The notes under the pieces: model-generated
The model's database searches: none
Told to the model about the DNA's origin: nothing
What the model saw: only the letters and a program-made list of their open reading frames with translations
Part shown: positions 1 to 13,404 of the stretch, one piece after another
Layout of the letters: each line of letters opens with the position of its first letter
Position numbering within the stretch: position 1 is the stretch's first letter
Assembly: GCF_018350175.1 (NCBI RefSeq)
Contig: NC_058368.1
Span: 104,720,001-104,784,000 of the forward strand
Direction of reading: 5' to 3'
From: Felis catus
Taxonomy: Eukaryota
Length of the DNA: 64,000 nucleotides
Program-made: the position numbers and the translations under genes

Positions 1-970
1 ATTCCCCTCCTCAGTTATTAATCTCTCACCTCAAGCCTTTGGACTCATGTCAACTACTTATGATTCACAGGGTGTGATCCGCTGATTGCCCTTTGACCTC
101 TCAGATCACTGCCCGGTATGATGTGAATGTCTTGTGCCCCGTAGCCTCGAGTTTTGTTCTAGCTCAGTAGTAACAACCATTTCTGGAGCCTCTGTTATAG
201 TCTTCCAGATGTGGAGAGAAGCGATAATCAGGGAGAAGGGCAGCGGAAGACAAGAGCAAGACATGGGCTCTGCTTTCAAGGGGTTTGTAGTCTAGTTGAG
301 AAGGCATGACTGAAGTCCCAAGATGAACTGCAGTCTCAGGTAACATACACATTATCAGACGAAGGATGTGCTGAGCTGGTTGCATCAGAGGTTTCTATGC
401 AGTTTTTAGTGAAAAGACTAAAGAATATTTTTACTGAGGTCCTAACACATCATTAACTAGATATTTAATGAGAGAATAAATTATTGCAGAGAGAGAAGTA
501 AGTTGACAGGAAGCTTATGTAATGGTGTGAATTTCAGGCACTTAGTGAGGCTTAGATGTTGACCCAAGGGAATTATAGACCTGAATCACAGACCCTTGAA
601 AATTAGTGGGGCAGAAAAAATATAATCTGTGCAGGAAACCATTTCCACCCTCCACAGATTCTCCAATTCAGACGGTCTTCATGGATAGCTTAAATCCATC
701 CGATTTTATTTTTCCATTTTAGATGAAATGATTAGAATGTTTAAAACCTTGAACAAATGACAGTGATACAGTTTATACGAACTGATTCTTCATAAGAAGG
801 AAATGGATGCATTCAGTGTGATGGGGTCAACTTAAACTTGAATGCTTTCTGCTACCTGTAGTTTCTATTATTGATGACAAAGTGAAGATATTGCCATTAG
901 AGATTTGGAAATTAAAAAAAAAAGAGTCAAGGAAGAGGATTTATAATAAAAGCAAAAGGGAAATGACCTT

Positions 971-1189
971 TTTATTTTTTTTAACGTTTATTCATTTTTG
1001 AGAGGCAGAGAGAAACAGAACATGAGCTGGGGAGGGGCAGAGAGAGAGGGAGACACAGAATCTGAAGCAGGCTCCAGGCTCTGAGCCGTCAGCACAGACA
1101 GCCCAATGCGGGGCTTGAACCCATGAAATGTGAGATCATGACCTTAGCCAAAGTCGAATGCTTAACCGGCTGTGCCACCCAGGCGCCCT
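971..1189 (-). mobile_element. Carnivore SINE (SINEC)
   Basis: Reverse tRNA-like head, (GA)n tract and T tail; flanked by the direct repeat gaaatgacctttt. Confidence 0.92.
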
Positions 1190-1394
1190 TAGAGAAATGA
1201 CCTTTTTTTAAAGCAAGAATGGAAGAAGGGAAGACATTAAACAAAATGTCATAAATTGGGCCTGTGGCCCGCCAGAGTTCAGAGCTCATGGCTTCAGTTC
1301 AGATACCTTTAGTCTCTTCACTTCAAATGCCCTTAAAGAGTTATCAGAATCTGCTTAAGAGTGAAGGTGTGATTCACCGTGAAATCTGTAATTT

Positions 1395-1500
1395 TTTAAT
1401 GTTAATGTTATAAATAATTAATATTATTTTAATATTAATATGTACTATTTAATATTAATGTTTACTATTTAATGTTAATGTAATTTATTTATTCTTAACA
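1395..1500. repeat. AT-rich degenerate tandem repeat (~20-nt unit, tactattttaatattaat-like)
   Basis: Visible imperfect repeated units. Confidence 0.6.
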
Positions 1501-1894
1501 TTATACTTGTACATTTATGCCCATCTGTGGCATCAATTTTCTTGCCTTATTTAGGTAACATACAAACACTAATGTACATTTGGGGTCCATTAAAATGTTA
1601 TTTTAGGTGTACTTGTATTGTGATCTTTACCAAAGACCGTAGTCGCTTCTCAAAATTAAGCCTTAAAATTACATGAACCCCTTTCTTTTCCTTTTTGTGT
1701 GTATTTCAAGCATATATTTTAAATCTCCTTATAATATATTATTTCCCTCTTCTAGATTATATTTATGTTACACTTCATGAACACATTGAAACAGGGAAGT
1801 CCTTTAGTTACTGTAGGCTGTAATAATCTGCTAATTCTTGAGCAGGGCCACTTACCGAGAATAAAGGAACACCAATGAAAATAAAGCCTTAACC

Positions 1895-2542
1895 TTTTTT
1901 TTTTTTTTTTTTTTTTTTGAGAGAGAGGGAGAGAAAGAGAGAGCATCAGCTGGGGAGGGGCAGAGACAGAGAGGGAGAGAATCTTAAGCAGGCTCCATGC
2001 AGCGCAGAACCCCGTATAAAGTTCAATCCCACCACTCTGAGATCATGACCTGAGCCAAAATCAAGAATTGGACACTCACCTGACTGAGCCACCCAGGTGC
2101 CCCAAAAGCCTTAACTTTTTATTTTAAATTAAAGTTTATTTATTTTTGAGAGAGAGACAGAGTGTGAGTGAGGGAGGGGCAGGGAGAGATAGGGAGACAC
2201 AGAATCCGAAGCAGGCTCCAGGCTCTGAGCTGTCAGCTCAGAGACAAATGCAGGGCTCGAACTCACTACAAGAGAGTCACCCCGGGCTGAAGTCGGATGC
2301 TTAACCGACTGAGCCACCCAGGTGCCCTTTTTTTTTTTTTTAAAAGTTTATTTATTTTTGACAGAGAGGGGGACAGAGTGTGATCAGGGAAGGGGCAGAG
2401 AGAGAGGGAGACACAGAATCCGAAGCAGACTCCAGGCTCTGAGCTGTCAAGCACAGAGTTTAATGGGGAGCTCAAGCTCATGATCCATGAGATTGTGATC
2501 TGAGCCAAAGTCGGATGCTTAACCGAGCTACTTAGGTGCCCC
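1895..2542 (-). mobile_element. Three tandem antisense SINECs (~1895-2103, ~2120-2326, ~2327-2542)
   Basis: Three head/(GA)n/T-tail units; aagccttaac recurs at ~1885, ~2106 and ~2543. Confidence 0.92.
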
Positions 2543-2869
2543 AAGCCTTAACTTTTTAAAAGAATTTACAGAATAACTGCTAATTTAGCCCTTGAAAGTG
2601 TCCATAGAATTCTCTTAAGAAAAAAAACAGTTTTTTTCTCTAATTGAGCCAAACAGTTTTCCAGCAAAGCTTTCGTTGTTTTTCTACATTTACAATCACC
2701 AGTACTGTAATTATCTAGTTTCAACTCTGGGATTTTCCTTTGCACTTGTCTAGTTTAGCAATTAAATGGGAAAACCTTTATTTTCCATTTCTTCCTTTAT
2801 ATAATGAGAAAAATATTTCAAACTCCCGAACAGCTGATTTACATATTCTGAGCTTTATTCTTCCCATGG

Positions 2870-3140
2870 GTCATCCATTCAGTCAGCCGATCAGTAGTCA
2901 ATAAATATTATTGAGCCCCACCCCCATATGTAGCAAGAACATGTAGAGATGAACAGTGTATTGTTTTGACATGAAGAGAGCTAGTAAAGACATGAATAGG
3001 AAAATGGTGAATAAAATAGCATGTGTTACCACTCTGACAATGTCCACATCTTCTACTCCCAGGATGCACCAGGAGTATGGGAACAAAGAGGAAGGATGTC
3101 TGGGTTGGCTTGGGAGTGCTCCTAAGGGGAAGTAACATTT
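2870..3140 (-). mobile_element. Degenerate L2 fragment
   Basis: cattcagtca...caataaatattattgagc resembles a reversed L2 3' end. Confidence 0.45.
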
Positions 3141-3164
3141 GATTCTTAAAAAATAATTGGGTGG

Positions 3165-3365
3165 GGGGGAGGCGCTTAGGTGGCTCAGTCGGTTACATGT
3201 CTGACTCTGACTCAGGTCATGATCTCATGGTTTGTGGGTTCCAGCCCCGCATCGGGCTCCGTACCTGTTGGGACTCTCTCTCTGTCCCTCTCTCTCTGCC
3301 CCTACCCTGCTTGCACATGCTTGCTCTCTCTCAAAATAAATAAACTTAAAAAAAAAAAAAAGAAG
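3165..3365 (+). mobile_element. SINEC
   Basis: ggtggctcagtcggtta head, (CT)n tract, aataaa and poly(A). Confidence 0.9.
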
Positions 3366-3529
3366 AATTGTGAAATTCGAGTAGCAGTCACTGCTTAAGT
3401 GATAGATACAGATGATACATAGTCACATCATCTTGAATGAAGGAGTGGCAGTTTGGACTTGACCGAAAAGGAAAGCTCTCAAAAACTTTGAAGTATAGAA
3501 GTGTGATATTCTGATTTGTGAGTTTTTTT

Positions 3530-3592
3530 CATTCTTTTTGTTTTTGAGAAAGAGAGAAGAGTGTGTGTGCACGCACGTGCATGCAGGTAAAG

Positions 3593-3634
<42 letters not shown>

Positions 3635-3740
3635 CTTAAGCAGGCTCAATGCCCAGCACCTGACCTCATGACCTTGAGAGCATGACCTGAGCCAAAATCA
3701 AGAGTCAGACGCTTAACCAGCTGAGCCACCCAGGTGCCCC
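3530..3740 (-). mobile_element. SINEC with expanded (GA)n
   Basis: Reverse head gagccacccaggtgcccc at ~3723-3740. Confidence 0.88.
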
Positions 3741-4139
3741 TGTTACTTGTGTTTTGAAAGAATTGGTGGGAGCATGGAGGACCAATTGGAAGTTGATTGG
3801 TAAAAAGGATAAATCAATCAAACTGAAAAGCTGTTCAAAAGTTAGTGTTTCTACACTTTGGTTTTAAACTTGCTCTTAGTAAAACCTACTTCATCTTTAC
3901 AATAAAAAGTCAAACGAAAGGACCAATACTAGCTACTTGCTTATTGCTATAGAACAAGAAATAATAGTATATAAATGATAAATGATAGAGGCATATATTT
4001 CTCAACCCTTTATTTTGTATTTAGATATTAAAATGAAATTTAAAACTTAATAACCCTTTCAGGAATAGCCAACCAAAAGTGGCCATTTCTTCATTTCTGA
4101 TCGAAGTTTTTGCTAATATATAAAAATGATAATTTAAAA

Positions 4140-4500
4140 GAAATGGATCATGCTAAGTAGGTACAGTTGAAAATGGCTGGCTGAAAATGAATTTAAAAGT
4201 ACTTTGGAAAGCAGATAAAGTGGTCAAATGTTATGTCAAAAAAAGTAAAATCATCCTAGAATATACAATAAACGCGTGAGTTAAGAGTTGGCACTCTTAC
4301 AACAATTTTGCCACTGGAACATTGACTGATGCCTGAAAAATTGTAAAAAATAAATTAATGGAAAACTTTTCCGATAAGCAGATCAAGCATAATTGGCTGA
4401 GAATGAGAGAGAAAAAACTAAAACGCCCATAAAAATGATAAAACCTGCCCTATTTCAAACTAACAAATTCAAAGTCCTCTCCCAGAACTTTTAAAAAACA
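4140..4500 (+). mobile_element. Possible ancient hAT (Tip100/Arthur-like) transposase N-terminal fossil
   Basis: Hand translation across stops and frameshifts gives KWLAENEFK..SGQMLC..NNFATGT..KNKLMENFSDKQIKH, resembling the zinc-finger region of hAT/ZNF862-type proteins. Confidence 0.35.
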
Positions 4501-6555
4501 AAGAAAGAGAAGTATTTTTAGGGTAATTTAAGGTACATAAGTGATGTGCAACTGCTTCTTAGTGCATAAAAATGATTAATTCTTGTAAAACTCCTGACTT
4601 GAAATATGTATTTTTCAACAGATATTTATTTGTTCAATTTACCAATTCCGAACCTTGCTAGACTCGAGAGGTCTTGCTAGATCCAAGTTTTTTGTTTTTA
4701 ATTCTTTGTTCAAATCTACATACTTAACTCCTCTCTATACTTTATTCTTTAAATTCATTCATTCATTCATCATTTATTCATCCATTCATTTGCCCTCCTC
4801 TCTGCTAGGTGCTGTTCTAGGGGCCAAGGATGCCAGAGAAAACCAAAAAGCGTCATTGCACTGAAGAAATTGGGGGTTGTATATTTATCTTTCTTCAATT
4901 TCCTTGCAGCAGCCATTAGCAAAACTTTGAGGAGGCCTGTGTCTAATTTGCTCCTTCGATGCACAGATTAAGTAGACCTAATTCACTGTGAGCTCCTCCT
5001 CCTTGAAATGAAAAGGATCATTCACAAGTTGCCTTGGACGTTCCATCAATATTTATGTTAAGCTTTTGTAAGAACTCTAGGACTAATAATTTGTATATTT
5101 ATATTCTATTAAGACTGGCATTAGCCACAGGAAAAAAATGTAATTGCGTCTTGATTATCTTGCTGTGCAGCAATTCATAATTTTGTGCAAGAAAAACTGA
5201 CAGGATCTTAAATTTGGCGCCAATATTAGCCTAAGGAGAAGCTGTTTATGAAATAGCCCTGTGACCTTGGGCATACACCGAATTTCTCTGGACCACGGCA
5301 TCACCATTTGTAAAATTTAAAGTATTGGACCAGCTTCCTGCTAAAGGCTATGTTCACACAAAAGCCAATGACTCTTAGGCATTCTGGAAGTTTTTAAGAA
5401 AGACAAATGAAAAATACAACTCTCTTTTTTTAAGTTTGCTTGCCATGCAAGTTGCTTTCCTGGCTGATATTTGTGAAAGGGAAATAAAGCAGAGAAAGAA
5501 TGAACGACGCGGCAGTGATCAAAGTCTGATGCCAAGCCAGACTAGAATTTACCTCAGTCGCTATACTTTCCTGTCCCATGACTTGCAGATACTGAATTAC
5601 CCTAAAAATGGCCGAGAAGAACAAGTACAGAGATGCACGGAAATCAGACGAGAGGATTATGGATCATGTGAATAAAGGAAGTAATATGGAGAATGGCCCT
5701 TCATTTCCTATCAATATGAGATTGTTCTCGAACCATTATACAGGGTCAGACAGGGTCACTTGTTGAATAAAGGATCTGTCTAGATACCACAGGAAGTGGT
5801 GTTGCTACTTCAACATGTGGTACTTTATCTCCTCAAACAAAGCCCTATTTTAGGAGTCGTAAAGTTGGGGTTTGGGTTGTGGCTTCTCATATTTGCATAT
5901 ATATGCAATTGGTAAGGAAGCGGAGGTGGGAGGGAAGGCTGCCCAAGGATTTTCTCCTTAATGTGCTGGCCAAACGCAACTCTGAATAATTATGTCCTTC
6001 CGCCTACTTATATTTCTTCAGCAGTTTCCTCACATTTTGCCTGAAACCTTCAAAGCTTTTGACCATGTGGGCTGAAAACCATAAGGATGAAAGTGTCCAG
6101 ACTCCTTTGTGGCCGTGCCTGCTGCAAGAGATGTCTGTGGTCACTCTGCATCCTGGTCTGGATTAGTGGTTCCGAAGTGAGTAACCCTGGGAAGAATGGC
6201 AGTTGAAACCCATGTCACTGATTATTTGAAACATCTGTATGCTGTAAATATGGAAATACCTTTCGTACTTTCCAATTCAGGTTCTCAGTTTTGACCAGGA
6301 AATAGCTTAGTCACTTGGAGAATCTAGCTTTTAATGAATTTGCATTTCAAGAAGCATTTCTTGTTCTGTTATACAGGTGGAGTGTTATTTTAGAAAGACC
6401 CTAGCTTGTTCACCGGGTGAAGAGTTGACTGAAAGTAGGAGCCCTGAGTCTACTAGGTTCCAGTGTTAGACTACCCGCAAACTAGCTCCGTGATGTAACT
6501 GAGTCACCATCATTTGGGGACTCCAGTTATTTTTTTCACAAAAATGAAAGGATTT

Positions 6556-6765
6556 GGGGGTGCCTGGGTGGCTTGGTCAGTTAAGCGTCCGACTTCGGCT
6601 CAGGTCACGATCTCCAGGTTCATGAGTTTGAGCCTCGCATAGGTCTCAGTGCTGACAGCTCAGAGCCTGGAGCCTGCTTTGGATTCTGTGTCTTCTTCTC
6701 TCCCTGCCTCTCCCCCACTCACATTCTGTCTGTCTCTCTCTCAAAAAAAAAAAAAAATTAAAAAA
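6556..6765 (+). mobile_element. SINEC inserted in a MIR-like remnant
   Basis: Full head and A tail; TSD aaaatgaaa(g/t)gattt. Confidence 0.92.
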
Positions 6766-6932
6766 TGAAATGATTTTGACTGGATCCCATAAGGCCTTAA
6801 ACTCTAACTTTCTGTTCTGTTTTTTAGTATAAAAGCTCTGTGGACCCCAAGATATGTGTAGGGCCCTGGAAACTTTTGGGAGCCAAATGAATGTTACAAG
6901 CCTGTTATGAAGTATTAAAAAATAGAGGAGTG

Positions 6933-6934
<2 letters not shown>

Positions 6935-6974
<40 letters not shown>
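6935..6974. repeat. (TG)n microsatellite
   Basis: Direct observation. Confidence 0.97.
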
Positions 6975-6978
<4 letters not shown>

Positions 6979-7099
6979 GTTAATAGAATCTGGACAGATA
7001 CAGTTGATATGAAAATTTTCTAAAATCTTGGTTCCACGGAAATTCTTTCCCTCAAAGGGTCTTTGTTCCTCTGGATTTTCTTCTTTAAGAAACAACCTT

Positions 7100-7360
7100 T
7101 GAGGCGCCTATGTGGCTCAGTTGGTTGGGTCCGACTCTTGCTTTTGACTCTGGTCATGATCCCAGGGTCGTGGGGTTGAGCCCCACCCCAGACTCTGTGC
7201 TGAGCATGGAGTCTGCTTGAGATTCTCTCCCTCTTTCTCTCTCTCTCTCTCTCTCTGCCCCTCTCCCCCCCTGGCATGTCTTCTCTCTCTAAAATAAAGT
7301 AAAATTAATTTAATTTAATTTAATTTAATTTAATTTAATTTAATTTAATTTAATTTAAAA
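7100..7360 (+). mobile_element. SINEC whose tail has expanded into (TTAAT)n
   Basis: Head, (CT)n tract, pentamer array at ~7305-7357; TSD aagaa(ac/gt)aacctt. Confidence 0.9.
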
Positions 7361-8339
7361 GAAGTAACCTTTGGGGAAATGAAGGCTTGACTTGGATTGC
7401 TCAGCTCTGCACTAATAGTAAGTATCTCAGAAATTGAGGGTTAACATAATGACCCAGAGTTAGGAGACCATGTGACATAGAGGTGACCCTTGTCATGTGA
7501 ATGATGTGGGCAGAATGAGGGTGGTCATCCTTCCTGTGATAGCAGATAGCAGTTTGCACCAATGAAAAGGACCTTCCTGAGAGAGGGACCATGCAAACAC
7601 TTAGGCTCCCAATTACTGCCCCTGTCCCCCCCCAAACCCCATATGCAAGGAAAGACCTAAGATTTTGATGATTCTCAAGTATCATGCTGCATGTCAGAGA
7701 ATTTCCCACTGGTATTTTGATTGGTCTGTCCAATCAGCTTCTGCGATCTGTATTGTTGGTTCAAAGAAAAAAAAATGGCAGTAAGCCTCCCTTTCTTCCT
7801 GGGCTGACCAAGTTCTATTTTCTAGTTCATTTTTCTCAAACCCATTCATTCTTTGCCTGAGGTCTTATTAGGTGTTCAGCTATTTTACCTTGGGTCGATC
7901 TTGAACCACGATATGAAGTGCCATTCCTGACCTGGGTCTAACATTCCTCTTCACTCCCTCGCTTTTCCACTCTGTGTTCCGGACAGTCTTGCCCATTTGC
8001 CTTTCCCTCTGGAAAGTTTCTTTCTCTGCCTTTGCCCATGGTGGTTCCTCTGGGGACAACCTCCCCTGCTCGATCTACCCAGCACAGTCTTCAACAGTGC
8101 TAACTCCTATGCCCCCTCACCAGTTGGGAATACTTTCTGAATATTCAGACTTATTTCATAACCCCTTTGACTCTAATCACATTTTATGTTGCCTTATCAT
8201 TACCATACACATGATACCACTCTCGTGTTCAATTGTAAACTCTTTGAGGGCAAAGATAGTCTTCTCTGGTGTTTGCTGATCGAAAGAACAATTGTTTGTT
8301 TGAAATTTTGAAAAATTTCTATGTGACAGATGGTTAAAA

Positions 8340-8532
8340 TAATTACATGATTAGGACAGTTGATGAAAATTGAATCCAGTCTCTAGATTAGATAGTAGTA
8401 TTGCATCAAGGCTAATTTTTTTTTCATTTAGATAATTGTAATTATATATGTAAATGTCCTTGTTCTGGAAATGTACATTGATGTATTTAGAGGTATAGAG
8501 GCATGATTACGTACAAATTACTCTCAAATGGT

Positions 8533-8569
<37 letters not shown>

Positions 8570-8695
8570 GTAGATAGTTATAAAGTAAATGTGGCAAAAT
8601 GTTAGCAGCTGGTGAGTCTGGGTGAAGGGCATTCTTTATTTTTGTAGCTTTCAGATAAATTTGAAATTATTTCAAAATAGTTAAAAAAAATACAC
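8340..8695 (+). mobile_element. Old L1 (L1M-type) 3' end with internal (TG)n
   Basis: Typical old L1 3' UTR motifs (aaatgtggcaaaatgtta..ggtgagtctgggtgaagg..tttgaaattatttcaaaat) followed by an A run. Confidence 0.7.
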
Positions 8696-9189
8696 TTTAA
8701 TTTTTGTATATATATTTTATTCAGATATATTATCAGAGATTAAAAAAAAACGACTTCAAATGCAGGAAAGTAAAAGGAACATTTATTTGTAGAGGAAAAA
8801 GTATCTGTTATATTTTATAAGGTACGGAGCACATGATGAACTCTCCAGGTTATCGTGGCGCAGGTCGGTTCTCCTGGATATTCAAATGCGAACGATCAAG
8901 GATAAGTGGCAGGATAATGTAGGACAATGCTTTGTGTGGAAAAGCAGCAGATACACCTCCAAACCCAGGCATTGTGAGGTCATGCCTCTTGGAACAAAAT
9001 AACTGGAGCTGTAATTAGAAGATGATGGTCTCCTGCTGGGAGTTAGAATGCGGGGAAAAGATTTCAGAATCATCACAGGTGGTTTCTGCTGTGCGTGACT
9101 ACTGAAGATGTCAGCAAAATCGTGAGCATCATTGAGAGCATTTTGGAAGTCCAACGAAATATGTTTGGTATATTAAAATACAGACTTAC

Positions 9190-9645
9190 GGGCTATCTAT
9201 TGCTGTGTAACAAATTACCTCAAAACTTAGTGGCTTAGAACAGCAAACGTTCATTACTTCGGTTTCCGTGCATCAGGAATTTGGGAGAAGCTTAGCTGGT
9301 GGCTCTGGCTCAGGGTCTCCTGAGGTTGTGGTCCGTATGTCTGCAGGGGCTACAGTCACTTGAAGGCTTGCCTGGGGCTGGGGGGTCCACTTGCATGGCT
9401 GTTGGCGGGCAGCCTCAGTTCTTCCCTTTGCTGCTTGGGTGTCTGAACGACATGGGCAGCTGGCTTCCTGCAGAATGGTGATCCAAAAAGCAAGATGGAG
9501 ACCGCAAACCCCCGGGTGACCTAGGTTTAGAAGTAATACTTTGTCATTTTTGCAATATCCTTTTGGTTACACAGTCTATTCATTGAGAGATGGGCTTACA
9601 CAAGGCCGGGGTCATTGGACGTCATCCTGGAGGTCGGCTACGACG
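9190..9645 (-). mobile_element. MaLR LTR (MLT1 family)
   Basis: tattgctgtgtaacaaattacctcaaaacttagtggcttagaaca is the characteristic MLT1 terminus. Confidence 0.8.
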
Positions 9646-11641
9646 CTAGGGCATGATTAGGGCTGCCAGGGCATAGTTGTTGAAAAAGGAAACAATGGTA
9701 AATTTTACAAAAGGGATGATAGGGCTTTTTTTTTTTTTGTGGACGGGCCAAAAAATGAGGACTCCAGATCGAGAAGAATGAGTGGGAATGTTAATGAAGA
9801 ATGTTAAATCGTGAGAAGTTTAGGAAAAATCAAGATGATTTTATTCACTGAAGCCTGGAATGAGAAGGAGTGTTTGAAGTTTCTTTTTCCAATAAAAAAA
9901 GAGAGGTATTGTTTCCCCAATAGGAGATAAGTAGACCGAACCAAGAAAATAAAACTGTGATTCATAATGGTTTAAAACCACAACAGCTGTCCTTAATATC
10001 GACCTTATTTACTATTATTTCTCTCAGTCCTGCCAATTCTTTCTTTTACTGGTTTTTCCCATACTTCCTACCCCCTCCATGGGCAGTTCTGCCCCCTACC
10101 TGAATGCACTAACTTCTGCCCACTTTCTTTGCCTCCAGTATCTGTTCCCTTATTGAATTTTGCTCGCCCCTCTGCATTAATCTCCCAAACACCTCTTTCA
10201 TTAAATAATGCACTCTGCTCAAAGAGTTAAGTACATCCCACTGCAGACAGGGTAAAACCATATGAACTCCATAGCCCGGTGCTCAAGAGCCTTTGTTATC
10301 GAGTGCTACCTACCTGTCTAGACTGCTTCTCATGATTCTTTGTAAGACCTCCTGCTCTCCACCCTCAAGGCTTGGCTCCCACTTCTCCCTTTGCCTCATG
10401 ACCTGTTGCCATGGTTTTCATTTACTCAGGGTTCCCTTTTACCCAGATATGAGCTGTCAACCGATCGCCGATGCTGTAGGTCATAAGCCAGATTGGTTCA
10501 CGTCTCTGCTGTTTTCATTGTCTGATTTCCAGTGAAGCGTGTAACCTCAGCCAATGAGATTACGTATGTGAAGTGCAAGGCATGAGATAGATGCTCAGTG
10601 ACTTCTAGTTCATTTTCTTTTGAACGCTCCTGTTCAAGTTTGACCCCTTTCGTGAAACTGTATTGCTCAGATTGATTTTTCCCTCCTGTTAAAACTCTGG
10701 CAGTTTATTTCTGTGTTGCCTCATTTGGCAAATAATGATATTTTATTTAGAATTTGACCCGTTGAGGGCAGAGACCATGCCTTGTAAGTCATAGTGGTCC
10801 CCTCAGTTGTTTGAACTTAGATCCTTAGTGAGTATTGTTTGTGAGTTTTCTCCATATGGGGTTGGGATTCCTAGAGATGGTGTGGAGTACCTCCCAGAGT
10901 TGAGGACATGTGGGTGACCAGGGTCTCCCACGAACTCCCTGTTAATGCCACCTAGACAACACCTATGGGGTTGGCTGGTTAAGTAGATGAGACTGTACCT
11001 CTGTGTTCGCACAATAGCCTCTCTGGTCTTAACCATGCCTGCATGGTGCTGTATTGAAATGGTCCATTTGTGGCCATTCTCCCTGTGGCTGGTGAGCTCC
11101 CTCAGGGTAGCCCAGTGCTTGGCATCCTCAGTGCTTTGCCCAGTTTTTGTTTGATGTGAAGTATCCAGTGAATGCCAGAACTGGTATTAAACACTCACTT
11201 CATGCTAAGGTTTAGGGATTTTTTTTTTTTTTTTTTTGGTTATGAGAACATCACAAGTTTATAAAATAGGAACTGATGAACTTGTTTGATGTCAATAGTC
11301 ACGTTCGTTTAACTTGTAGTCTTAGAGTCTTCCACAGAATGCTGTGTGACCGCCAACATGAGATGATTTAATTTGACTCAGAAGAATATCTCTGTTGTGC
11401 TGTTTGATGTAAGCAACGTGATGTGAGGCTCTGCACACACAAAATGTATATAGTTCTTGTATTGCTTCAGATGAAGAGTTATGCTTGGTTAAAGTAATAC
11501 ACTGCTAGAATAACTAGCTTTGGACTGTGAAAATGGAAATCACAACAGTGCCTCCTGGATTCTTTTTATCTGCAAAGTAGTATTTCTGTGGAAATTTTTA
11601 TCTGGGATTTTTCTCAGGACAACCAGCACAAGTTATATTAA

Positions 11642-11720
11642 TTTTTTTTTTTTTAAAGTAAGCTCTGTGCCCAAGGTGGGGCTTGAACTCACAACCTGAG
11701 GTCAAGAGTTACATGAATCA
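11642..11720 (-). mobile_element. Short SINE fragment
   Basis: T tail followed by gtggggcttgaactcacaacctgaggtcaagagt. Confidence 0.7.
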
Positions 11721-11942
11721 AGAGATACCCCAGAGCTGGAGCTCTGATACTCGATTCATAGGCATGAAGCTCCAGGAAGAACACAGGAGGCTACCTTCTG
11801 CCCCACCTGGGTGGCCGTTCTGAAGAAAAGCTAGTATGTTCTCTATAGATAACATTTTGGAGTGATTAAAATTGGTGGCTTTTGGTACCCAGAGAGTGGG
11901 TGGGGATTGTGGAAATGTGGCTGTCCTCCCTCTCCTTCTCTC

Positions 11943-12154
11943 TTTTTTTAAAGTTCATTTATTTACTTTGAGAGAGAGTGTGTGAGCAGGGGAAGGGCAG
12001 AGAAAGGAGGGGAGAGACAGAGAGAATCCCAAGCAGGCTCTGCACTGCCTGCTTGGAGCCCAATGCGGGGGGTTGAACCCACAAACTATGAGGTCACGAC
12101 CTGGGCCAAGACCAAGCGTTAGAGACTTAACCTACTCAGCCACCCAGGAGCCCC
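11943..12154 (-). mobile_element. SINEC
   Basis: Reverse head; flanking repeat gaaatgtggct. Confidence 0.9.
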
Positions 12155-12192
12155 AGAAATGTGGCTATTCTTAATCGAGAAACTTATTTTCA

Positions 12193-12455
12193 TGGGCACC
12201 TGGGTGGCTCAGTCAGTTTAAGCTTCTGACTTTGGTTTCAGCTCAGGTCATGATCTCACAGTTGGTGAGTTTCAGTCCTGCATCGGGTTCTGGGTTGACA
12301 GAGTGGAGCCTGCTTGGGATTCTCTATTTTTCTTTTTCTCTCTGCCCCTCCCTCCTTGTGCTCTCTGTCTCTCTCACTGTCTCTCTCTCTCAAAATAAAT
12401 AAATAAACATAAATAAATAAATAGATAGATAGATAGATAAATAAATAAATAAATA
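12193..12455 (+). mobile_element. SINEC with (TAAA)n/(TAGA)n tail
   Basis: Head gggcacctgggtggctcagtcag; tetranucleotide tail. Confidence 0.9.
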
Positions 12456-13404
12456 GAAATGTCTTTTCACTTAGAAAATTGTGAGATGATTTTAGGGAAA
12501 TGTGCTTAAAAAGAAAAAAAAACTGGGTGAGGGCATCAAAGTTATTTCTATGTGTGCCCTTAATGATTCTAGGAAGGAAATAGATTTTAGAACCAGAAAG
12601 GATTGTCTGGTATCATTTATTCCTCTGTTGTTGCAAAAATAAATTAGTAAATCAACGCCCTGTTATTTATGTCACTCTAATACACTGAGAAAGAAACTGC
12701 TCCCTCTCATCAGAACCCTGATTCATCTACTGTAAGGACTGGGTTCAACCTGATTATTTATTGAGGTTTCTGTGAGAATAAGCAAAGCCTACCTTCCTAG
12801 TAGGCAGCAAGAGTTAATTCTGCCTGCTGTGTTTCTTTTTTCTAATAGGAGCACTTTAGCAATGCTAATCAGTTGTACTGATTTTCTGTTTTGATTTTTC
12901 CATAATAATTAAGTGAATGATATGGAATGCAATCAAGTTTGGCACTAGGGGGTTCATGCAAATGACTCTCTCTCTTTCTTTCTTTCTTTTTTTTTTTTTA
13001 CATTTTACATTTTGTTAAATGGAATCATAAGGAAAGTTGTTGGAAGAGGAAGACTGAGTGGGTGGGGGTAGCATAACTCTTTATTTAGAATTTTGAATAT
13101 TTTCCAAATGTCTATTTTAATGAAACAAATCACCTTGTTACCTTTCTTTTTCAATTGAAATAATGCTATTTTTTTTAAAGATTGCATTTTGTTTTCAAAG
13201 TGGAAGATTAGAGTGTAAGGCAAGATGGCATAGCTTAAAACAGAGACATGAGGGGGGGAATGTATTGAACTTTCTTCCTTCAGGGTAGATATAAAGGAAA
13301 AAAAGGTACCCACATTTGCTCATCAAAACCTGTAGAAGAAAACATGAAATAGGGAAAGGGTGTATGTAATGCCCTATCCACTGACTTGGATGGCCTCTCA
13401 TTAC

